A stretch of 64,000 nt of DNA, from positions 199,259,864 to 199,323,863 of the forward strand of contig NC_090375.1 of NCBI RefSeq assembly GCF_036365525.1, given 5' to 3'. The notes beneath the pieces are model-generated. The model saw only the letters and a program-made list of their open reading frames with translations, made no database searches and was not told the DNA's origin. Within the stretch, counting starts at the first letter, position 1, and every line of letters starts with the position of its first letter. Made by a program: the position numbers and the translations under genes. This document shows, in pieces, positions 33,947-46,894 of this stretch. The stretch is from Heterodontus francisci (taxonomy: Eukaryota).

Positions 33947-36900
33947 TGTTACAACCGGGTGAGAAAAGGGTCTCAGACTCCGCTTTTGGCCCTTTCTTGG
34001 TTTGGCCAGAACAGGGTTTAACTTTTCAAAGTGCAACTTTAGCTTCACCTCAATGAGTCCTTGTTCACTGCTCTCCAATTGTAACTGTAAATTAACCAAT
34101 CAGACAGTGTTTCTCAGGTTTAAACAGGAAAGGTGTAAGTTTATTAACCTTAACACTCTAACTCAGTTAAAGTTAATAAAATTATGTGACACAATCACAC
34201 TAGTAAGCATATGCAATACACACACACAAAAATGAAGACAGAGGAGGAGAAAGAATTAAGTGGGGGGTGGGTGTGGAGTAGTCAATAGAATTTAGTTACT
34301 GTCTTTGGTTTGGATGTAAAGACCTTGATTGGAGTTAAGTCTTGCAGTTCTTTCTGGGGCCCAGTGCACACTTTCAAACTTATTTCGCTGGTACCAAAAG
34401 ACTGAAGAAGTCCTCTGAAGCTGCTTCTGTGGGTCCCTGGTACTTTGCTGGAGAGAGGGAGAGAGAGAGACGGGTGCTTTCGTCTTGAAATTCAGTTGCA
34501 GTCTGCCCCAAAATTTTTTGTGAGGCACAATTCAGTCAGTTCCCAGGTTAGCTGGCAGGTTAGTCATGTGACCAGCTGAAACAGCATTGTCTGCGAGGGT
34601 TGTTGATTCTTCAAAGCTTACGAGACACACTGAGTGGGGGAGTGGATGGAGTGGAGTGCTGGCTCTTACACGGATAATGGCTCTCAATGTTTTTGGATCA
34701 TCACTATTGACAAAAGCCACCTCACTAATTGAATCAGGGAACACTCCCATTATCTTTCGATTCAACTGTCTCTCATAATGCAAATGTGCAGCCATGTTTT
34801 CAGCCATCCAGCTCTGTGGTCTTTTTAAGCAAGGTATGTTCAATGTCCAGTAAAAGTGCAAATAGTGTGGTTTTGTCACACCTCCACCTCTCGCCGAGTG
34901 AAATGTGACATTAGCAGGAGCATTTCATTATAAATTAGAAGGAAGAGAAAGTACAGGAAAACACACGTGCATTTCTCTCATTCATTCTCATTCATTCAGA
35001 AACCTTAAAATTGTTTCAGCCTGTCTTTCCTTGTAGCAGTGCTCCTTTGGAGTGCCCCTTTGTCCTTGAGGTAGATCTGAGATAGTTATGTGTTGCTCAA
35101 GGGGTTTAAAGTTTCTTCACCATCATTCTGCAATACGTTGGGAATGGGCATCCCAATAAACATGCGATTATTGGGAAGAACAAAGAACAAAGAAAATTAC
35201 AGCACAGGAACAGGCCCTTCGGCCCTCCAGGCGTGCGCCGATCCAGATCCTCTATCTAAACATGTCGCCTATTTTCGGAGGGTCTGTATCTCCTTGCTTC
35301 CTGCCCATTCATGTATCTGTCTAGATACATCTTAAAAGACGCTATCGTGCCCGCGTCTACCACCTCCGCTGGCAACGCGTTCCAGGCACCCACCACCCTC
35401 TGCGTAAAGAACTTTCCACGCATATCCCCCCTAAACTTTTCCCCTCTCACTTTCAACTCGTGACCCCTTGTAATTGAATCCCCCACTCTGGGAAAAAGCT
35501 TCTTGCTATCCACCCTGTCTATGCCTCTCATGATTTTGTACGCCTCAATCAGGTCCCCCCTCAACCTCCGCCTTTCTAATGAAAATAATCCTAATCTACT
35601 CAAAGTCTCTTCATAGCTAGCGCCCTCCATACCAGGCAACATCCTGGTGAACCTCCTCTGCACCCTCTCCGAAGCATCTACATGCTTTTGGTAATGTGGC
35701 GACCAGAACTGCATGCAGTATTCCAAATGTGGCCGAACCAAAGTCCTATACAACTGTAACATGACCTGCCAACTCTTGTACTCAATACCGCGTCCGATGA
35801 AGGAAAGCATGCCGTATGCTTTCTTGACCACTCTATTGACCTGCGTTACCACCTTCAGGGAACAATGGACCTGAACACCCAAATCTCTCTGTACATCAAT
35901 TTTCCCCAGGACTTTTCCATTTACTGTATAGTTCACTCTTGAATTGGATCTTCCAAAATGCATCACCTCGCATTTACCCTGATTGAACTCCATCTGCCAT
36001 TTCTCTGCCCAACTCTCCAATCTATCTATATTCTGCTGTATTCTCTGACAGTCCCCTTCACTATCCGCTACTCCACCAATCTTAGTGTCGTTTGCAACCT
36101 TGTTAATGAGACCACCTATACTTTCCTCCAAAGCATTTATGTATATCACAAACAACAGTGGTCCCAGCACAGATCCCTGTGGAACACCACTGGTCACACG
36201 TCTCCATTTTGAGAAACTCCCTTTCACTACTACTCTCTGTCTCCTGTTGCCCAGCCAGTTCTTTATCCATCTAGCTAGTACACCCTTGACCCCATGCGAC
36301 TTCACTTTCTCCATCAGCCTACCATGGGGAACCTTATCAAACGCCTTACTGAAGCCCATGTATATGACATCAACAGCCCTTTCCTCATCAATCAACTTTG
36401 TCACTTCCTCAAAGAATTCTATTCAGTTGGTAAGACATGACGTTCCCTGCACTAAACCATGCTGCCTATATGTTGCAGATGCAGTTCAATCAGGGCAAAT
36501 GCGAGGTGATGCATTTTGGAAGATCCAATTCAAGAGTGAACTATACAGTAAGTGGAAGGTTTGAAGTTTGCGCATTTCCTTGATTTTCTAGGGTGTGTTT
36601 GTTCCTGTTGGGGTCTGCCGGGGGATGGTTCGCTTTAAGGAGCCCGGGTTTGGAGCTTTGGTCATGGAAGGCGGAAGTGGGTGGATCCACTCTGATCTCC
36701 CTTTCAGCGCTCTGATGAGTCATGCAAGTGCTTTTCTCTTTTGGGCATTGTGTGTTCCTGACTGTGGGGATGGATTCTTTGCTAATCTCTTTGTCCTCTG
36801 GGACATTCCTGCATGCAGGTATTTGTCCAGATTCCACTGCACTCCCCTGGGGCACTTCGACTAGGGAAGGCATCACCCTCAATATTCTCTGCCTTCTTGA

Positions 36901-37575
36901 GGACTTTCTTTGCCCCTGCAGGTTTCTGTAAATGCTGTTAGCAACCCTGGTGAGGTGCTTCTGGTGTCTGCGTTTACGCAGGAGGATGAGGGGCCTTATT
37001 TTTCCAACAATTCGGGGTTGGCTGACCGGACAGTAGGGGCTTCCATTTGGGAATCCTCCTGGACCTCCTTTAACCTGCCCTCTTGGTCCCTTTTCCCCTT
37101 TCCTCTCTAAAGCTTAGCCAGCCCTGGGCTTGTTTGACCCCTCTTGTTCTTGACAGGGGTCCCATACAATTCACCAGCAGGCTGGTCCTCCAAATGCCAG
37201 TACAGGAATTAGGGGTATAGATTTCACTGTGGGTTGAGGTTTTCTCTCAACCTGGTACATGTGGCTACTCCTACAGTACTCCACCACACTCATACTTTGT
37301 GTACTCATACACAAACTTTGCTTGTCAAATGCTGTCTTATGCGGGCTTTGGTTTTTTGTATACCAACATGTACAACCTCATGGGCCTTTCTTAATATTTC
37401 CCTCCGGTACCTCTGCGGCACCACTAACAGGTGAAGCACTGTCCACTCTTTGTCCTCAGGTCTGTGAGGAGAAATCCACTTCCTCATCAGTACCTCATTC
37501 TTTAAATAGTGGTAATCAAGGAATCCCTCTGCTTCAATTTCACTCTGGGCAGCCTGTGCAAACTCTCTCAATACT
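33947..37575 (-). mobile_element. Gypsy-type LTR retrotransposon remnant (3' LTR 33947-34880, PPT, integrase zinc-binding fragment)
   Basis: TGTTACA...TGTCACA termini; CCTCCACCTCTC (minus-strand PPT) at 34881; LVVPQRYRREILRKAHE..HVGIQKTKARIRQH in ORF 37305..37640. Confidence 0.8.
35178..36545 (-). mobile_element. CR1 LINE 3' portion nested in the Gypsy remnant
   Basis: 382-aa ORF 35256..36404 with FSKAFDKVPH, GVPQGSVLGP and VRPHLEYCMQFWSPH. Confidence 0.95.
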
Positions 37576-39591
37576 GAAATAAAAGCAAAATACTGCGGAT
37601 GCTGGAAATCTGAAATAAAAACAAGAAATGCTGGAACCACTCAGCAGGTCTGCTTCGAACCGATAAAATGTCATGACCTGAAATGTTAACTTTATTTCTC
37701 TCTCCACAGATGCTGCCTGAGCTGCTGTGTATTTCCAGCACTGTCTGTTTTTGTTGCACTGTGATAGCTCCCCTGCCCTTCTTTGAGATAGTGCCATGGT
37801 ATCTTTTATGTACACCTAAGAGTGCAGACGGGGCCTCGGTTTCGCATCTCATCCAAAAGACAGTACCTCTGAGAGTGCAGCACTCCCTCAATACTGCACT
37901 GCGGTGTCAGTCTGGATTTTTGTGCTTTAGACCTGGAGTGAGACTTAAAACCACAACCTTCTGATTCATACACAAACGTGCTTCCAGCTGAGCCATGGCT
38001 GACACAGTTCCCATGACTCCAGGGACTTACGGACAATGGTGCAGGCTCCAGAAAAATGAAGGATGGTACTGTAGGACCGCCAATGTCCTCTGACTCCCTA
38101 CACATTAGCAGACAACCTTCAATCCCCAGTTTGATTAACATTGAATCCTTTATGCTGCAATAAAATATCTGCCCAGTTTTTCTGTAGGATTCCGTTGATT
38201 CCTCAACCACCATCCCTGCCATCTCCTACAACCCTCCCTATCTCTGTAACCTCCTCGAGCCCATTAACCCTCCTGATCTCTTTTACCTCTTCAACCACCG
38301 ACACCCCTCGCTATCACTGTAATCTCCTCTAGCCCCGACAACCCTCCCTTTCTCTGTAGATTCCTCCAGCTTTGATATCCTCTGAGATCTCTGCTCTCCT
38401 CGATTCCTAGCCTCATGTGCCTCCTGATTTTAATCATTCCACCACTGAAGGCCGTGCCTTCAGCCGTCTGGGCCTTAAGGTCTGTTGCTCCCTCCATAAC
38501 CCTCCCACTTTTCTGCCTCTCTCTCCTCCTTTAAAACTGCCTTCATAACCTGCCCCAGTGAGCAAGCTTTGGGCCATAAAGAATCATAGTACGTTTACGG
38601 AACAGCAAGAGGCCACTTGGCCCATCGTGTCTGTGCTAGCTGAAATACGTTTCACCCATTGCAATCCCACCTTCTAGCATTTGGTCTGCAGCCCTACAGA
38701 TTACGGCACTCTGACCCAATATCTGGTATTGTCAAATTTAGTCTGTTAATGATCCTATGAAGTGTCTGAGGATGTTTTATTACATTAAATGTGCTATTTC
38801 ATTAGATGTTGTTGATACTGTTGTTCAATTTATATTGTGTGGACCCGATCAAAGATCTTAATTTAAGTAAATAGCTACAAGCAGCCGCTTCCAAGAAAAA
38901 ATCCCTGGAATGTCGCTTTCTCCCTGAAAAGTGCTCCCAGGTATCAATGCAAGAAAAACACGGATCAGTTAACCCTGGTTTCCATGGTTATTTGATTAAC
39001 TGCGTCTGTTGTCAGCCTGTAAGCTGCTGCCCAACGTAATTCTGATGAAAGGTCATCCACCTGAAACATTAACTCTGTTTCTTTCTCCACAGATACTGCC
39101 TGGCCTGCTGAGTATTTCCAGCATTTGTTGTTAATATTTCAGATTTCCAGTAAATTTGGTGCGGGTCTTCTCAGCAGCTGGGACTATTTACCAGGTAGAG
39201 TGTGCATTTGGAAAGTGCTGTTAATTGAGGTCAATCAACAATAAAAACAATGCACCTGAACACCGCAGTTAATGTAGGGAAATGCCTCCAGGCTCTTCAC
39301 AGGACCATATTCTGGCAAAAAGGGACTAAAAAAAGATACTAGATAAAGTGCAAAAAGTCTGACTGAAGATTTTCTTAAAGCAGAAGAGTGCTGGAGAGGT
39401 GGAGGGTTCATGGCGGTAATTTTAGAACATTGGACCCAGATGGCTGAAGGCACAGCCCTCAATGGCGAGGCAAAGAAAGAAGGATCTGGAATATTCACCC
39501 CTGGCTAAAATTTCTGCCTTTATGTACCACGTGGAGTGAAATTCGTGCTTTCAAAATTGGTGGTGGTATATAACATCAACAATATCAGTCA

Positions 39592-42500
39592 TAATAATAA
39601 AAACAAGAAATGCTGGAAATACTCAGCAGGTCTGGCAGCATCTGGGAGAGAGAAGCAGAGTTAACGTTTCAGGTCAGTGACCCTTCTTCGGAACTGGCAA
39701 ATATTAGAAATGTCAAAGGTTATAAGCAGGAAAAGTGGGGATGGGGCAAGAGATAACAAAGGAGAAGGTGTAGATCGGACAAGACCACAGAATAGCTGAC
39801 CAGACGGTCATGGAGCAAAGGCAAATAATATGTTAATGGTGTGTTGAAAGACAAAGCATTAGTACACATAGGGTGTTAATGGATTGAAAATTGAACAGCA
39901 GCAAGTACAAACATGAAAAAAACAGTGGGTAAGCAGTGGGTCTCTGTTTTATCCCCTTACATCCCCACCTCAATGGATTTCACGCACGTCACAATGTTGA
40001 GCTCTTCTTCTGTCGCCTCTGCCTCCGGGCTCACTTCTTTGACCAGGAATCTTCACCCCGACCAGCAGATCCATTCACCCACCTCCAGCATTCTCCCTCC
40101 ACCTGGACCCCTCCCTCTGGCCTCTTATCCTCTCTTGATCTTTTCATTGAAAACTGTCGACGAGACATTGGTCATCTCAATTTCTCTGCCCCCCTCACTT
40201 ACTCTAACCTGTCCCCCTCTGAACATGAGGTACTCTGTTCTCTCAGGTTTAACCCCGACATGGTCATCAAACCTGCAGGTAAGGGTGTTGCTGTTGTCTG
40301 GTGTACCGACCTCTACCTAGCAGACGTGCAGCACCAACTCACAGACACTTCTTCCTACCTCCCTCTGGACCATGACCACACCACCGAACATCAAACTACT
40401 GTCCACAGGACTGACACTGACCTCATCTCCTCTGGAGATCTTCCCTCTACAGCTTCCAACCTCATAGTCCCGCAACCCGAGGCAGCCCATTTCTACCTCC
40501 TTCCCAAAATCAACAGACGGGACTGTCCTGGCAAACCCATTGTTTCATCCTGTTCCTGCCCCACTGAATTTATTTCTTCCTATCTTGACTCTATCTTTTC
40601 TCCACTGGCCCAGTCTCTTCCCGCCTACATCCGTGACTCTTCTGATGCCCTACGTCATTTTGACAATTTCCAGTTTCCTGGCCCCAACCGCTTCCTCTTC
40701 ACTATGGACGTCCAATCTCTCTACACCTCCATCCCCCACCAGGAGGGTTTGAGGGCTCTCTGCTTCATCCTTGAACAGAGGCCCAACCAGTCCCCATTCA
40801 CCACCACCCTCCTCCGCCTGGTTGAACTTGTTCTCACATTGAACAACTTCTCCTTCAACTTCACTCACTTCCTTTAAGTAAAAGGTGTTGCTATGGCTAC
40901 CCACAAGGGTGCTAGTTATGCCTGTCTTTTTGTGGGATATGTCGAGCATTCTTTGTTCCAGTCCTACTCAGGCTCCCTCCCCCAATTCTTTTTCCGGTAC
41001 ATTGATGACTGTATCGGAGCCATTTCCGGCTCCCGCCCCGAACTGAAAAACTTTATCAACTTTGCTTCCAATTTCCACCCTTCTCTAACCTTTACATGGT
41101 CCATCTCTGACACTTCCCTTCCCTTTCTCGACTTCTCTGTCTCCATCTCTGGGTATAGGCTGTCTACTAATATCCATTAGAGGCCCACCGACTCCCACAG
41201 CTACCTCGACTACACTTCTTCACACCCTGCCTCCTGTAAGGACGCCATTCCATTCACCCAGTTACTCCGTCTCCATTGCATCTGCTCTGATGATGCTACC
41301 TTCCATGACAGCACTTCTGATATGTCTTCTTTTTTCCTCAACCGAGGATTCCCCCCCACTGTCGTTGACAGGGCCCTCAACCATGTCCGGCCCATTTCCC
41401 GCACCTCTACCCTCACCCTTTCCCCTCCCTCCCAGAACCGTGACAGGGTTCCCCTTGTCCTCACTTTCCACCCCATCAGCCTCCATATCCAAAGGATCAT
41501 CCTCCACAATTTCTGCCATCTCCAGCATGATGCCACTGCCAAACGCATCTTCCCCTCCCTTCGAAATGTCAGAATTCCGAAGGGATCGTTCCCTCCGCGA
41601 CACCCTAGTCCACTCCTCCATTACCCCTACCACCTCGTCCCCTTCCCATGGCACCTTTCCCTGCAATCGCAGGAGGTGTAATACCTGCCCATTTACCTCC
41701 TCTCTCCTCACTAACCCAGGCCCCAAACACTCCTTTCAGGTGAAGCAGCGATTTACTTGTAGTATACTGTATTCGCTGCTCACAATGTGGTCTCCTCTAC
41801 ATTGGGGAGAGCAAACACAGACTGGGTGACCGCTTTGCGGAACACCTCTGCTCAGTCCGCAAGCAGGACCCTCAGCTTCTGGTTGCTTGCCATTTCAACA
41901 CTCCCCCCTGCTCTCATGCTCACATCTCTATCCTGGGCTTGCTGCAGTGTTCCAGTGAACATCAATGCAAGCTCGAGGAAGAGCATCTCATTTACTGATT
42001 AGGCACACTACAGCCTTCCGGACTGAACATTGAGTTCAATAATTTCAGAGCATGACGGGCCCCCCATTTTACTTTTATTTTTAGTTATTTCTTCTTGTTT
42101 TACAATCTTTTCTTTTTTTTGTATGTTTATTTTATTTCATCTTAGTTTGTTCAGTTTGCTTACCCACTGCTTTTTTCATGTTTGTACTTGCTGTTCAATA
42201 TTCAGTCCGTTAACACCCTATCTAACACCCGAAAGGACATAGCTGCGAGACTGGGTCTGCGGCAGGTGGTGGGGGAACCAACACGAGGGAAAACATACTT
42301 GACCTCGTCCTCACCAATCTGCCTGTTGCAGATGCTTCTGTCCATGACTGTATCATTAAGAGTGACCACCGCAAAGTCCTTGTGGAGACGACGTCCCGCC
42401 TTCACATTGAGGATATCGTCCACCATGTTGTGTGGCACTATCACTGTGCTAAATGGGATAGATTTAGAACAGATCTAGCAATGCAAAATTGGGCATCCAT

Positions 42501-44930
42501 GAGGCACTGTGGGCCATCAGCAGCAGCAGAATTGTACTCAACCACAATCTGTAACCTCATGGCCCAGCATATCCCCCACTCTACCATTACCAGCAAGCCA
42601 GGACACCAAGCCGGGTTCAATGAAGAGTGCAGGAAGGCATGCCAGGATCAGCACCAGACATACCTCAAAATGAGGTGTCAACCTGGTGAAGCTACAACAC
42701 AGGACTATCTGCATGCCTAACTGCATAAGCAGCATGCGATAGACAGAGCTAAGTGATCCCATAACTGACAGATCAGATCTAAACTCTGCAGTCCTGCCAC
42801 ATCCAGCCATGAATGATGGTGGACAATTAAATAACTAACTGGAGGAGGTGACTCCACAAATATCCCCATCCTCAATGATGGGGGAGTCCAGCACATCAGT
42901 GCGAAAGATAAGGCTGAAGCATTTGCAACTATCTTCAGCCAGAAATGCCGAGTTGATGATCCATCTCGGCCTCCTCCTGAAGTCCCCAGCATCACAGATG
43001 CCAGACTTCAGACAATTCAATTCACCATGCGTGATATCAAGAAACGACTGAAGGCACTGGATACTGCAAAAGCTATGGGCCCTGACAAAATACCGGCAAT
43101 AGTACTGAAGACCTGTGCTCCAGTTAGTTGCTGCACCCCTAGCCAAGCTGTTTCAGTACAACTACAACACTGGCATCTACCCTGCAATGTGGAGAATTGC
43201 CCAGGTATGTCCTGTACACAAAAAGCAGGACAAGTCCAACCAGGCCAATTACCGCTCCATCAGCCTACTGTCAATCATCAGTAAAGTGATGGAAGGTGTC
43301 ATCAACAGTGCCATCAAGCAGCACTTGCTTAGCAATAACCTGCTCAGTGACGCTCAGTTTGGGTACCGCCAGGGCCAGTCAGCTCCTGACCTCATTACAG
43401 CCTTGGTTCAAACATGGACAAAAGAGCTGGACTCAAGAGGTGAGGTGAGAGGGACTGCCCTTGGCGTCAAGGCAGTATTTGACAACGTATGGCATCAAGG
43501 AGCCCTAGCAAAACTGAGGTCAATGGAAATCAGGGGGAAAACCCTCCGCTGGCTGGAGTCATACTTAGTGCAAAGGAAGATGGTTGTGGTTGTTGGAGGT
43601 CAATCATCTGAGCTCCAGGACATCACTGCAGGATTTCCTCAGGGTAGTGTCCTCGGCCCAACCATCTTCAGCTGCTTCATCAAAGACCTTCCTTCAATCA
43701 TAAGGTCAGAAGTGGGGATGTTCGCGGATGATTGCACAATGTTCAGCACCATTCGTGACTCCTCAGATACTGAAGCAGTCCATGTAGAAATGCAGCAAGA
43801 CCTGAACAATATCCAGGCTTGGGCTGATAAGTGGCAAGTAACATTCGCGCCACACAAGTGCCAGGCAATGACCATCTCCAACAAGAGAGAATCTAACCAT
43901 CTCCCCTTGACATTCAATGGCATTACGATCGCTGAATCCTCCACTATCAACAACCTAGGGGCTACCATTGACCAGAAACTGAACTGGAGTAGCCGTATAA
44001 ATACCGTGGCTACAAGAGCAGGTCAGAGGCTAGGAATTCTGAGGTGAGTAACTCACCTCCTGACTCCCCAAAGCATGTCCACCATCCACAAGGCACAAGT
44101 CAGGAGTGTGATGGAATACTCTCCACTTGCCTGGATGGGTGCAGCTCCAACAACACTCAAGAAATTCGACACCATCCAGGACAAAGCAGCCCGCTTGACT
44201 GGCACCCCATCCACAAACATTCACTCCTTCCACCACTGGCGGAAAGTGGCAGCAGTGTGTACCATCTACAAGATGCACTGCAGCAATGCAGCAAGGCTCC
44301 TTTGATAGCACCTTCCAAACCCGCGACCTCCATCAACTAGAAGGATAATGGCAGCAAATACATGGGAACACCATCACCTGCAGGTTCCCATCCAAGTCAC
44401 ACACCATCCTGACTTGCATCTATATTGTCGTTCCTGCACTGTTGCTGGGTCAAAATCCTGGAACTCCCTTCCGAACAACACTGTGGGTATACCTACCCCA
44501 AATGGACTGCAGCGGTTCAAGAAGGCAGCTCACCATCACCTTCTCAAGGGCAATTAGGGATGGGCAATAAATGCTGGCCTGGCCAGTGACGCACACATCC
44601 CATGAATGAATAAGAAAAAAATCTGTACTCATGCTTTGCCTTTCAACACACCATTAACATATTGATTGCCTTTGCTCCATGACCTTCTGGTCAGCTATTC
44701 TGAGGCCTTATCCTATCTACACCTTCTCCTTTGTTATCTCTTGCCCCATCCCCGCTTTACTTGCTTATAACCTTTGACATTTCTAATATTTGCCAGTTCC
44801 GAAGAAGGGTCACTGACCTGAAACGTTAACTCTGCTTCTCTCTCCACAGATGCTGCCAGACCTGCTGAGTATTTCCAGCATTTCTTGTTTTTATTTCAGA
44901 TTTCCAGCATCCACAGTATTTTGCTTTTAG
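39592..44930 (+). mobile_element. Penelope-like element with inverted terminal arrangement and 14-bp TSD
   Basis: RT (MDVQSLYTSIP, GVAMATHKGASYACLFVGY, FRYIDD) at 39936-41180; GIY-YIG remnant ~41700-42050. 39592-39935 is the reverse complement of the 3' end. TSD AACAATATCAGTCA at 39578-39591 and 44931-44944. Confidence 0.92.
42224..44620 (+). mobile_element. Non-LTR retrotransposon (CR1/L2/Jockey-group RT) nested in the Penelope 3' repeat
   Basis: ORF 43115..44047 has NYRSISLLS, GFPQGSVLGP and MFADD; A-rich tail; ATCT on both sides (42220-42223, 44621-44624). Confidence 0.88.
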
Positions 44931-45728
44931 AACAATATCAGTCAGTTCTGGTAGACACTTTGCAGCCAGGAAATTCCTTCCAGCGCTTTTCTTAATGGTG
45001 AGCAGGAGAACTAAGGGAATGTCAGATTGCACTGGGATGGAGCTCCTGACCCATCAATATTTCAGCCACAGGCCCAATCTCAGCTACCTGAGAATCTTGA
45101 TGACACGGTCACAGAGATTATTGGCTTTCTTGAATCGTTGCTGTGTGTGTTGAAGGTACCCCCTCAGTGCTGTCACGCAGGGAGTTCCAGGATTTTGAAT
45201 CAGTGATGTTGAAGGAATGTTCAAGTCCAATCGTCGTGGCTTAGAGGTGATGCTGTTCCCATGCATTTGCTGCCCCTGTCCTTCAAAGTGGAAGTCGCTG
45301 GTTTCGGATTTCCTGTCGTATTGATCACCTTGTATCACAATGTTAAATATGTGAGGGCAAGAACGAACCAAATTTTGCTGTTGTAATGCTGCTAAAACGT
45401 GGTTGTGCAATTCAATTGAGATTTCATTTTACATAATAACTAATAAATACTGACATTAGAAGTCTGAAACACAGACAAGAAATGCTGGAAATATTCAGCA
45501 GGTTCTGGCAGCATCTGTGGAGAGAAGCACATTTCAGGTCAGTGAACCTTCAACAGAATAATGGAAGTCTGACTGAAAGGCGTGACTAGCGTCAAATGCT
45601 ACATATATACCAGGAGAGAGCAGTGCGAACAGGAAGTCGAGTCACACGCGGAATGTTGTGTTAGAGTCATTGCCCTATATATTTTATCTAGATGTTAATA
45701 CAAATGTCTCACACCTCAAACAGGCAAC

Positions 45729-46153
45729 ATGTTGCTGTATTGGGTTGTTTTCGTGATATTTTTTCCACGTAAATGGATTTATTCTTTAACTGCGTTTTAT
45801 TTGTTTTATTCAGACTGTAAAATTATCTGTAATTTGGTGTTTCTTTCCCCACAGATGGATGTTTTGCTCAGGATTTGAAACAGAAACAACTGTCAATCAC
45901 CGTGCGAACGCGGAGAATTCGTACAATTGCGTGTGAGCTGGGTGAATCAGTCAGTGCTTCCGTTATCCATTGGTACAAACAGGCAGCGGGACAGCAGCCC
46001 GTTCGGATTCTCTACTACGATGGGAGCGTTCGTCGGGATGACGGATTCGATACAAGGTTTTCAGCAGAGAAAACTGCAAACAAACGATATGTTCTGCTTA
46101 TTGATGGTGTAAAGGCAGAAGACGCCGCCACCTATTACTGTGCCCATTGGAAA
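45729..46153 (+). CDS. TRGV: TCR gamma V gene V-g (leader 45729-45768, V exon 45855-46153), paralogue of V-c, open frame
   Basis: MLLYWVVFVIFFP-H-GCFAQDLKQKQLSITVRTRRIRTIAC..VIHWYKQ..EDAATYYCAHWK. Confidence 0.93.
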
Positions 46154-46192
46154 CACAGAGTTAAACAGCAATTCAATCCGCTTACAAAAACC
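46154..46192 (+). promoter_or_regulatory. 23-RSS of V-g
   Basis: CACAGAG + 23 nt + ACAAAAACC. Confidence 0.93.
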
Positions 46193-46894
46193 CTCAACAC
46201 TGCAATTCAAACATCACCAAAACCACATCCGATTCAACTAAAAACTGCCGAAATCTTCCTCCTTCAGTTAAAGGTTTACTCTCTCGCACATCATAAAAAT
46301 TACACCAAGTAAACAGCTACCCTCACCGAGTTGTCCATTCCTTTACCTTTAGATCCGACATGGAACATCACAGGAGAAGAGGACACAGAAAGTGCAATCG
46401 GGTGAAATACCCTGTTGATCTTTTCCACAGACGGTAGCCAGGCGGTGCCCAGCACGGCACTGACCCTGTCTGAGTCTTGCTCACCCATTACCCCATTGTT
46501 TTCCAGCCGCAATTGGTTCTCTAACCCCAAACAATCGAACTGGAAATCTTGATCCTCACTTCCAAAGCCTCCTCTACCCTACCTCTGCAACCTTCCCCAC
46601 TTTACATCCCGGGCCCTGTCATTTGGTCATCCTATTCTGGCCTCTTGTACTTCTCTGCTCCATCACCAATCAGCCTCGAAAGTCTACAGGTTGGGATTCT
46701 TTTGCTAAACTCCCCCCTTCCTACTTTTCTCTCCAGCTTTAGAGGTCTCCCCAGAAACTATCTCTTTGACTTTCTAAAAGTAAAGCCTAACTTCCTCACA
46801 TTTCAGCAGTCTCTGTTCACTCTTCCTCTCCTGTTTAACTGTCATATCCCCTTTATTAGCTCCTTGATTTTTTTTAAAATTAAAGGTAAATGAA

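Noticed and set aside
6738-46192. Ig light chain, IgNAR or TRD identity for the V segments
   Set aside because: Several V genes in a row with no intervening J-C clusters or D segments, plus IHWY and YYCAxW motifs, fit TRG better. A phylogeny is needed for certainty.
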